A program made the translations under genes and the position numbers. Positions 11,276-21,217 of a stretch of DNA of 64,000 nt are shown here, piece by piece. The stretch is from Folioceros fuciformis. Lineage: Eukaryota. Location: contig JBNGIO010005494.1 in the NCBI GenBank assembly GCA_049999805.1, positions 1 to 64,000 of the forward strand, in the 5' to 3' direction. Numbering within the stretch: the first letter of the stretch is position 1; the number at the start of each line of letters is the position of its first letter. The notes under the pieces were generated by a model that did no database searches, was not told the DNA's origin, and saw nothing but the letters and a program-made list of their open reading frames with translations.

Positions 11276-12973
11276 TTAGATACTCAAAGTTAAAACCATA
11301 AAATAGTGCACCAATAACACACAATTTGCTACACCAGTCTCTCCTATAGTTTTTGAGGATAGTGCATCTAAGGTATAATTGGTTGCAACACCAAGTCTAC
11401 TTGGTGCAGTGAACCAAAACTCCTCATTGGAGTTGTGGAACAACCAAGTCTCTTGCAGTTGCTTCAAACAAAACAACCACAAATAAGAGGAAGGATTGGA
11501 CAACAAAAAACGACGCTGAACTACTTGACCGTCCAATAATCGACATGCAACTCAACAAGTTGCTCCTGATGGAGTGCACATTTCCTTTGGCTCCTCTGGA
11601 AGGTTGGTTGTTTCAAACCAAGGATAGCTAGCATTGTCATGTGTATCCTTGATGATAAGTCTAGACGGAAGATCCCATTGTACCACTTGGTCGCCCTCTT
11701 CAAATATGGTCCCCAATGGTAGTGCTTCCTCCATGATATCTCTTGTGTTGGGTCTTTTGTAAGTGAATGGCAACCATTGCTCTACCAATGCATCCGAGCT
11801 TATGTCACTTGCATCACATTGTTTCAATTTCTGCCCAGTAAGTGGGTCAATCACAAGTATGCAAAAAGTGCTCTCACCTATGTTGTAAAAGGTCTTCACT
11901 TTTAAGATCTTTGTGCTGTTGATTGGGACTTTCCATTCAAGGAAAGACTGTACAATGAGATCCTTCAGGATCTTGTTGTTGCAATTTTCCCACTTTCCAA
12001 AATGTGGGAATGCCATGATCTCGTCCTCGTGGATGTAGGCTAGGAGCCACTTGTTCATTGATAATGCCTTCAGCTTTGCATCATGCAAATTTCCCCAATA
12101 AGATTCCATGAACATAGATTTGAAACCATGGCTGACAGTGGTTTCTTCATAGCTTTGGAACCATGGTTGTCCATTTGTAGCTTGTTCATCTGATGAAGGT
12201 TCTGATTCTTCATCAATTGTGAGTGGCCATGGTAGTTCACTTGCACCAGTCCATGGTTGCCCATTTGTAGGTTGTTCATCTAATGAAGATTCTGATTCTT
12301 CATCAATTATGAACGGCCATGGTAGTTCACTTGCATCAGCCCATGGTTGCCCATTTGTAGGTTGTTCATCTGATGAAGATTCTGATTCTTCATCAATTAT
12401 GAGCGGCCATGGNNNNNNNNNNTCATCTGATGAAGATTCTGATTCTTCATCAATTATGAGCGGCCATGGGAGTTCACTTGCACCAGTTCATGGTTGCCCA
12501 TTTGTAGGTTGTTCATCTGATGAAGATTCTGAATCTTCATCAATTATGAGCGGCCATGGTAGTTCACTTGCATCTACCCAGGGTTGTCCATCACTCCATG
12601 GCTGTTCACTTGCACTTGTCCATGGTTGTTCAACATTCCATTGCTGTTCACTTGCACTAGTCCATGGTTGTTCCCTTGCACAGGCTGTCGATGGCTGTTT
12701 ACTTGCTTCAATCCATGGTTGATCATCTCTAATTTGTGCATAAAGTTCCATAGACCATGGTTGTTGACATGCTATTATAGCTTCTTCATGACTTGCATTC
12801 CATTGTCATTCGCTAACTTCAATCCTATGTGGTTTGCCACAAATGGTTTGTTCACATATTGTGTTGCATGGTTGTTGATGACTAGCATCTGTGCAAGTCT
12901 TATCCCACATCACTTCATTAGCTTGGTTAAGAATTTCGCTCACCAATTTGTCTTCCCCAAGGTTACGCTCCAT
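11276..12973 (-). pseudogene. Intronless, diverged PUX7/UBXN7-like pseudogene (UAS + UBX domains) with an internal 30-aa tandem repeat
   Basis: From ATG 12973 (MERNLGEDKLVSEIL) the frame passes a repeat region and a 10-N gap. It then shows a UAS-like domain (GNLHDAK...NKWLL...FLEWKV...KVKTFY...ILVIDPLTGQKL) and a UBX domain (LPEEPK...C*VACRLLDGQVVQRRFL...LWLFC...TIGETGVAN). In-frame TGA stops lie at 12806, 12488 and 11552. Confidence 0.8.
12161..12600. repeat. 90-bp (30-codon) tandem repeat, about 5 copies, interrupted by a small gap
   Basis: Units start at 12161, 12251, 12341, 12488 and 12578. On the minus strand the unit encodes PWxxASELPWPLIIDEESESSSDEQPTNGQ. Confidence 0.92.
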
Positions 12974-13518
12974 TTTGGATCAAGGCAGCTCGATTTCAGA
13001 CACTTAGTAGGGAAGCTAAGCAATATCCTCTCAAAAGATGTTGCCCTTTGCCTTTCTTGAAGCGTAACAACACAAGTAGCTAGGTTCACAATCTGTATGC
13101 ACTATGTAATCTCAAGAAGACATCAAGATGATAAACTTAATTGTGAGCTTGCAAAATAACCTAGAATGTCTACTTGTATTAATAACATAATATCATGTAC
13201 AATACACATATATAGTATATATAGTTCATTTACATATGATGGCATCTCATTTTGACATGATATCGAGCTTTAATAAAGTATGTCTATAAAGTTTGTGGAA
13301 AAAAAGGTATTACATATCTTCAGTTTCCCACGGGGATGAGATATGCAATGGATGGCAGTGGGACAAAGTATCCACAGAGTTTGATAGAACTTCATATGCA
13401 AAGCACATTCACAGTGTATACATTACTGTGGAGCTATGCTGTACAAAAGGCATTTTGCTAAACTACGCGCTCTGTCCAGACAATATATGATTCCGAACAT
13501 GCTTGCTTCTATCGAGTT

Positions 13519-13621
13519 ATCGGCTGTGTCCCAGCTGTAGTCGTCGGGGTATTCTCCCTTCAGATAGCTCGGGGGCTCGCCGGAGAACGAGCCCAGGTAT
13601 TTGGGCCTGTCTGGGCCGTAC
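13519..13621 (-). pseudogene. Isolated fragment of a major LHCII chlorophyll a/b-binding protein gene (Lhcb2-like) with its upstream splice acceptor
   Basis: ttgtag|g TAC... reads (W)[34 protein letters not shown], versus the canonical [14 protein letters not shown]...PSYLxGEYPGDYGWDTAG. Homology ends after 34 codons. Confidence 0.9.
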
Positions 13622-14014
13622 CTACAAGCAAGATCCATGTTCCTTGATTTAGATCGCGTTGCGTGTCTCATGGCTGGCTAGCTCGATGCATTCAAGAACG
13701 AACGGGTCTGGACGATTGCATCCCATGGTCTAGGTGAGAGGGTAACAAACGTAGCTCATTGAGGAGGAGCAAAGCACTTGGACGCGAGTAGTGGAGCAAA
13801 GGAAACTTAAGGTGTATGAGTGAACCGAGGAGAAAAGATTGCAAGCTAACTCTGAATTTGGGCGTGGAGTGGTCTAGGCAATGATCGACATATCTCTTGG
13901 GACCTGAAGTCTTAGTTTAGCTATCATAGAGGCAGCCCATATCAAGAAAGGGTGGGTAGAACTTACACAACATTCATTTCTCAACAACAAAGGGTTGAAC
14001 ATATGGTTTCTAGT

Positions 14015-14480
14015 TCATGAGTTCATCTCATTGCTCCATAACATGTGCATCAAGATGTCTCTCAACCTGTGACCTTCGACACTGCCGGGGCCAGTTGCTA
14101 TGAAGTTTTGATGCATGCCATCTTCTTTGTCGTCCTCCTCGCCTGCCAATATTCTTGGATCTATCTCATCACCACGATCTATCCGAATGTTGTGCAGTAG
14201 CACACATGCATAAGTCAACGCATTGAAGTAGTCGATGTTGCCTCGCCGCACTTTCCTATCTAGTATCTGCCAAACCTTTTTCAGTGCTCCGAAAGCGTCC
14301 TCAACGACCATACGAGAAGAGGATAGCTTGAAGTTAAAAGACTTTTTGTCTGCCATCAAACCTTGACCGGGAAAGGGGATGATCAACCATGGAAGCAAAG
14401 GGTAGCCAACATCTCCGATGATATACTCTTGCACTTCCTTGTTATCCACGATCATGGATGGTCCATTCAGCCGTGCACCT
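14015..14480 (-). mobile_element. PIF/Harbinger transposase (DDE_Tnp_4/HARBI1-like), C-terminal fragment
   Basis: Reads RLNG...EYIIGDVGYPLLPWLIIPF...FNFKLSSSRMVVEDAFGALKKVWQIL...ACVLLHN. The second catalytic D and the E are present. The N-terminal half with the first D is absent. Confidence 0.88.
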
Positions 14481-14513
14481 GCACGGCTATGCTATACTCT
14501 ATACCAGTACTAG
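14469..14513 (+). mobile_element. Candidate Helitron 3' terminus
   Basis: A perfect hairpin AGCCGTGCA-CC-TGCACGGCT (14469-14488) is followed 21 nt later by CTAG (14510-14513) and then T. The matching 5' TC end was not located. Confidence 0.45.
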
Positions 14514-16043
14514 TTAAGTTTTTGTTCTTTAATTATATATATATATATATATATTCAAAAAATAGATTATTAAAAACTTTAAACCATCTCTTATTTTCCA
14601 TGAATGTCATGCATTTTTACTTGTCACAAGAGGAGTTTCCAATTATAAGCTACATAAGCTGAAAATCTTTGTATTTCTTGGATCTTCTTCTGTGGGTAAT
14701 AGAGATAATGACACACAACTCATCCTCCACAAATACGGACACACAACTCATCCTGCCCGAAAGGCCAAAGATAGAGTGGGCAAGACATTACATTAGAAAC
14801 ATATGTAATATTTTTCTTCGAATTATACTAATATATACGTTCAAAACTAGTATTAAAGCCTTCACCTAAGCGATTTCGTTTGTTATCATCCCGGATGCAT
14901 TAGTATGTTGCTTATTCCGGGGAGCAAAGTCGGAGCTGGTAGCATTCATGCCTAGGAGATGAACCAATATTACTCTCCTCTTTCGTTGGGATACTATTGA
15001 CCCTCAGGGCCTGATGCACCTGGTTACTCGCACTGGAAACGTAGAGGAGATCAGCTCACCAAACACCAAGGTGATCCTTTACCACATTGGTAATCTCCAA
15101 CCTTCTCGTCCACCTTACCGGCTTGGTAATGCTCTTCGAAAAGATGTTCGTCCGCGAGACTTTGTGATGACGTCGGAGTCCCAGTCGAGGATGCGTTTCC
15201 TGTCAAATTACGTGCACAAGTGTCATCAAATGAACCTTGCGCGAGAGGCAGCGAGGTCTGTGAAGGAAATAAAGTTGTCAGCCACCTGATCGATGTCGGC
15301 TTGCATGCTTTTCAAGAAACGCCACTTTCTTGAGGAATGCAGCGAACCGTTGTTGGCGTGCGTGACTGGCCTTGGAGAAGGCCCTGCATTGCCCGTCAGC
15401 TGGCGCAGGCTGCCATTTCGCGATGGCGACGCCATACGAGACTTTCAGTGCAGCAGTGGACGGGCGCAGTGCAAGGAAGGGGCTCTTGCTTCAATGTTGC
15501 CGCAAGGAACCTCTCCCGAAAGTGCACTTGTAGCAAATGCGGCAAGTCGCTCTTGTGACCTTATCATGAAACCATTTGTTCCGGCTTGTCTTTTATTGGC
15601 ACCTATTCGTAACTTCAAAGGCATCCAAGAGAGGTGTAAAGGTACAGCAGCTTGACGAATTCAGGACTCAGTACTTATATGTGCAATTGCCAAGGGATGA
15701 ATTCTGTACGCCACTTGTGCACGTCGCGACGGTACTGCATTGGACGACGCAATATCGTGCAGGGCGCAGTGCGCTACCAACCGACAGACTAGGACAACCA
15801 TGAAGAACGTGGACGCACGGCTTCCAAAAAGCAGAGCAGGAGCGAAATTGGCGTGTTACCTGCTACCAGTTTGGCGGTAGACAAGTCGGAGAGGGCTGGC
15901 AGCGCGAATTCCTCCTCGTAATCCTGTGGTGGCGTCCAGTTCTTGGTGTCGGCACACCAGGTATTGACAAAACTAGACTGGGGCCAGTTCTGCCGTTGTG
16001 TTAGGTCAAGGCCGGCGGGCTCATGCTCCGAGCAGCTGCGCTC

Positions 16044-16553
16044 ATGGATCATGCGAATGGCGAGGACGAGGGGACGTTCCGTGCGGAGGGGGATGGTAGA
16101 AACGTGGCACTAAACATTGGGGGAGGGTGCAACGGACTACCGTCTTACGTGATGACAGAGGAGCAGCTGGAATCGCTGAGGCGGCAGATCGCCGTGTACG
16201 CTACCATATGTCACCAGCTGGTGGAAATGCATTGCGCGGCGGTGAAGGAGCAGGCGTCTGGGCCCGCCGCGTCGACACCTAAGGTGAATGGCAGGCAGCG
16301 GTGGATTCCCAGCCAGAAGCAGCTGCACATATTGGAGAGGCTGTTTCGAAAAGGCGGAGGCACTCCAGACAAGCTGCGCATCAGAGACATAACTGCAGAG
16401 CTCAGCAGGCACGGCTGTCTCCACCAAACCAATGTTTACAACTGGTTCCAAAATCGTAAGGCAAGAGTTACCAAGAGGCAGCAGCGCGAGTCCTCCAAGG
16501 GCTCTCCTGACAGGGATAAGAGATCGCGAGTCAAGCAAAGCAATTCCGTGTAG
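16044..16553 (+). CDS. WOX13L: WUSCHEL-related homeobox protein of the WOX13-like (ancient/T1) clade; short, intronless
   Basis: Has the WOX13-specific motif YVMTEEQLESLRRQIAVYATICHQLVEMH and a homeodomain RQRWIPS...NVYNWFQNRKAR. An alternative ATG lies at 16023. Confidence 0.9.
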   Translation: MDHANGEDEGTFRAEGDGRNVALNIGGGCNGLPSYVMTEEQLESLRRQIAVYATICHQLVEMHCAAVKEQASGPAASTPKVNGRQRWIPSQKQLHILERLFRKGGGTPDKLRIRDITAELSRHGCLHQTNVYNWFQNRKARVTKRQQRESSKGSPDRDKRSRVKQSNSV

Positions 16554-16734
16554 CCTGCTTGCCTAAAGCAGAGGCTGAAGGCAAGTAGGGCGTCCCTCAG
16601 ACGAGCAGCACGCAGCACTGTGTAGTTAAGTCTAGTTAGGTTGTACTGTTTCCTTTCACCTGATGCTGGTGTGAGGCATAGTCCTGCATCTATGTGTACA
16701 TCGGGCGCAGCTCCCTCTTAGACTGTTCATCCTA

Positions 16735-19700
16735 TCACAACGGCTCCGCATGCTTCACTTCGTTAAGGAACAAGCAACCGAAAACGGAGTTAAAAAATTC
16801 ACTTCCACGGATCACTTCGCCTGTACTGAAATCTGTGAAATCGTACGTCGTCGCTCTCGTGCAATCCGGGCAGAATGTGACCTGCACACACGACAAAATG
16901 AGGACCTTCGGTCTCCCACGGCCACTTGCAGAGAGCATCACTGAAGGACTGTCCAATAGTACCTCCAACAGCTTTGGCTGAAATGCGCTGTCCAACATAA
17001 CGTCTACTCCATAAATGGCTCTAGCCATGGGACAGTGCATATCGGGATGGAGTCTGGCCGCACCCTCGAACAAAGAGCGTAGGATAAGCTTCACTCTTTC
17101 ATGTATATCGGCCCACCTGACTGCGACGCACCACAGTCCAAATTTTCGTCGAATGGTCACTGGTAGTACAGATCAGGAACAAACTAGTTATCTCAGAGTG
17201 CACTGGGTGGGAGGTTCAGACACTCACCGTTGTGTTCCTTCTCAAAGTCGGGTACAAATTCAGAAGTGTTAACGTGATTAAGTTTTATCCTTCGATAATT
17301 CTGGAACATGACGACAGCACACGCTTTAAAGCCTCGAATCCGACGGGATGCCGGATAACATTTGAAGTCTTACAAAGCGAGTAGTCATGACTTGATCAGT
17401 ATGTGCCAAGCAAGTAGGATAACGTACCATTACTGTAAAATGCGTCTCATACTCCAGAAGACTCTGCTCCTCGGTCGTATACTGGTTGTTTGAGAATCTT
17501 GCCTGTAGGTACACGACATTATCAGAATAGCAGAACAGAGCTACGCACCAAAAAACTGAACAAGTTCGAAGACATGTTGTGTTCTCTTGGATGTACCCAA
17601 AACACGCCAGAAAGGAACATCTCGAGGGGCTGTATGCTCCGTACAAGCACAATGTAGCGCAAGTCAAATTTTCTGCCACGAAATAAAGCAGGATTTTCTA
17701 TGTACTTCTGGCAAATCTTTGGGCCTGTCTCCACCAGTCGAATCAATGCTGAAAGATTTCTTGTCACTGTTGTGTCTATTGTGCGGGCCATATTCCAGGG
17801 CTTGACAATCCACAGGTTGTCTTGCCGGTTCAACTCTCTCTCATTATAGTCTCCTATCAACGCTGCCAATTCTGACTCCATATTATACGTCGGCTGAATC
17901 CAGGAGGGGGAACCGAAGGCCTGCGCATGACACACTTCATCAAGACGTACATACATTACATACAAATCTGCCATCGACATTCTTGTGACAAAGCTGAATG
18001 GTACACATGATCTAGAATCTGGATAGCAGCATACCTGTTTCACAGTCTGGGCAAGGTGATGTTTCATGACAAGACAGGCCTCGAATGGGAACTGATTAAT
18101 ATACTGAGAGGGTTTTGGTTCATATCCATCCACCCCCAAGCTTTTGATCTGCGCCCCAGTCCAAAGAATCTCTGCCTTATCTGGGTCATCCACTTCAAAA
18201 ACGCCACAAAGTTTTAACAATATGGACGACTTCGAACCTGTGAGAAGGGATAAAGCAGCACAGTGGAAAGACACAGCAGATGCTACACAAAAGCGAGCAG
18301 GGAAGTGAACGGCACGGAACTCACCAAACACAAATTCAGGTCGTCTAAGAAATTCAAAAACTTGAGGTACGTCTGTGTACAAAGAAATTGGCATACCACC
18401 CGTCCATGACGATATGCTTTGTCCATGTCCGTTCTCACCTACGTTTAGTTTCTGTATGGTGTTCGATACAAGACTTTGAACGTGCAAATCATAAGCCTGC
18501 ACAGCCATGCACATTCCAACATGGAGCTACCCACTAGAAGTTGGACAACTGAGGGAGCAGTTGGTACGTATTGTTTGAGGGTTTAAACAATACGTACCTT
18601 CTTGAAAAAATTGATAGGCGTATGAAACCATGCTGTTAGTCGGGCCGACCTTTGCTGCTGCTCTCCCACTCCATCCAAAAAATCACGAGTGCATTCCTCA
18701 CCCTGCTTCACATCCTCTGTTGGCCACATCAGGGTATAACTGCGATTAAATCACAAAACATGTCAAAAGAAAAGAAAAGAACAAAATCATTCATGCTCAA
18801 GAAGATGGAAAGCAGTGCAAGTTAGGAACTCAGAAAGACGGAGCTAAAGTCAGATTCCGTGTTGCACAAAATACGAAAAAGTACCTGATAGCAGACTTCA
18901 GTGTTCCATCAGGTAAAAACATAAATGGAGCAACCCTAAAATTGGGGACGTCGCTGTGCCTCAACGCCGACCCAAGCTCATCCATCACATACCTATTCAG
19001 CACATCAAGCCAGCTACGATCATGGATCCTTCAAACGAAAGAAGTGACTATGATTGAAACATCGATTGTAGGATGCCGCAAAATACCAGATAGGAGACTC
19101 ATCGAGCTTCTCATCATCAGAGAGTCTGTATGTCATTACATACAGCCACATGCTCTGCAAAACTTTCTCAACAGGTGGTTCACCACTAGAAAAGGATGGC
19201 AGCCGTGGACGAAGATTGCTGTCAACGACCTCACTCTTTCGCTCCAGAATCTTTGCTACTGCTACACCGTTGACTTCCTGTAGGTTTGGCATTAATTTGA
19301 CGATCGTCACAGCACTGCTCCCAAATGGTCCAGGAATATCCACCTGCAAAGGTCCGCAATTCAAGTAACTCTAGTCTGTTACTGAAGTCTTTAAAGACGT
19401 AGCAATGCTTTTCAGACAGTCTGGGAATCAATCATGTGAAGTTAATGACCAAACAGTTACATGAGGGAACAGATGGGTGCCATAAAGAACAAACGCTCCC
19501 AAATGAGGTAGGGAGACAAGCAATTAGCCCCTGCATAGCGAAACATGGTATCTACAAGCGCCAAAATTGATCAGCTTCTAACCTGAAGTGACCGTAGAGA
19601 TACAAGCGATCTCAACGTCTGTACTAAGCTATCATAAGGCTCTGACACAAATTGATTCCCTTGCAGATTCAGGGATGCCAATTTTGGGAAGCTGCTGCTA

Positions 19701-20965
19701 TTGAAAATCTGCCAAAAGTTGAGCATAGTGTCAGTATTAGAGCATTCGTCCTCAAGGAAAACGGAATACATAGCCATAAGATACCTTCACCGGGAAGGAT
19801 GAGAGACGCCTGTTCGACAAATCAAGAGACTGTATTTCTACAAATGGGTCATGTGATAACGTTGTCTTCATTGGTGACTCGGGGTCATTAACATCAAGGC
19901 AGAATCCCACCGCCCATGCAGTATAGTTGTCGGTAAACTTGCTGTTGTAAATCTCAAGCGTTGGCAGGGCAGAAACAATGGCATCCCTTAAACTATCCCC
20001 TCTGCATACATTCCACTCCTTAAAGTTACAACTCGCTCAGTTCATCATGCCCTCAACCTCTACGTCTAGCTGAAAGAAACGTCACCTACATTTCCTTGAC
20101 GATTGGGTTCTCATTAAGCCAAAGGGCACGTAGTTTGTGAAGTCGTTTCACAGTCCCAAGAGCCACTTGCGAGGACTGCAGTTTGTTTCCCCAGAGGCTT
20201 AGGCCAACAAGGTTCTGCAATAAAGAGAATACGTCATCTAAGATGCTGCAATATCAGCCTGTACAGATCAACGTGCGGGAGCTTTGAGCATTCAGAGTCG
20301 TAGGTAGGCTTACAGGGAACCGTGAAGGTACGTCAAGATGGATGAACACTTCATCAGTAATCCCCAAGTCGTCAAGCTCCAGCCAAAGGACTTCCTTCCC
20401 TCTCTCCTTTGCTTCTGCTTCGATCGTGCCAACCGCAATTTCAGCTCTGGGTTGCTCTTTCTCGACAAGTTCCTTTCCCAACGTCTGGGATTCATCGTCA
20501 GCATCACCCACGCACATCAATGTGGCCATCCTCTCTGCCAAACCGGGAATCTCGTTCAGCTGCAACACCGAATTTGAACGGAATCAACCTATGCTAATCA
20601 CTCTGATCCCAGCTCGAGTAATGCTCGGAAACGCATCCTGGCCGTGAACTTGCACCTAACTAACAAGAGCAATAAAAGGGGAGGACCTGTTTGCGAGCTT
20701 CAGGAAGGCGAAATGACCAGGCATGATCGACAAGGAAGACATTAGAATGTTTGGCCATTTCCGGACAGGATAGCAGCAGCCGCCGCTGCCGACCTCCTTC
20801 ACATGGCTCGATCTCGAAAAAGCTTCCTCCATCGAAAATGCTTTCCGACAACTTCTCAAACAGCTGCCGATGCAGATCAGCAGGAATGCCTGCAGAGGCC
20901 AGCAGCAGTCCGTGCACACGCACAAAGTCCTCGTATCTGGAGACGCCATGAGTCTCCATGCTCAT
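16735..20965 (-). CDS. TTLL12: Tubulin-tyrosine ligase-like protein 12 (TTLL12 / At1g77550-like) with LRRs; multi-exon
   Basis: Exon peptides include VFLVDHAWSF, LRR segments (LNLQGN), MWLYVMTYRL, INQFPFEACLVMK, WIVKPWNMAR, ICQKYIE, KFDLRYIVLVRS, YETHFTVM, AIYGVDVML and VTFCPDCTRA. Not every exon boundary was traced. Confidence 0.92.
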
Positions 20966-21217
20966 TTTATCGCCTGGTAGTCTCCGGGCTTACATCCTTA
21001 AACCTTCTGAGAAATGTTCCACGCCCGAACTTGCTTTCTAAATATCGTACCCCATCCCTTTACACAGTTTGCTCAAAGCCAACTCCCAGTGCTACTCCAG
21101 CTCTAACCCTCACTCCCGCGGGTGATAAGCAGTTCCACTGACAACCGGGTGCAGCTTGGGACCGATCTGGCCCTGCTTGAGCTACATGGCCGGCATTGCG
21201 AGTCTCTCCATCGTCGC

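Noticed and set aside
10891..12600. Regular repeats resembling a CRISPR array
   Set aside because: The units are contiguous tandem copies without unique spacers, the locus is eukaryotic, and there are no cas genes.
11552..12808. In-frame TGA codons as possible U-to-C editing sites or selenocysteine/readthrough
   Set aside because: The context is nuclear, one stop is TGG in the sister repeats, and ordinary transition decay explains them.
12219..13060. Plus-strand repeat ORFs (HGCPFVGCSS...)
   Set aside because: They are the antisense reading of the 90-bp repeat. The minus frame is the one that leads into the UAS/UBX homology.
14900..16020. Short ORFs upstream of WOX (Cys-rich CSKCGK; DIDQVADNFI)
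   Set aside because: There is no coherent domain or splice pattern, so they cannot be supported as genes.
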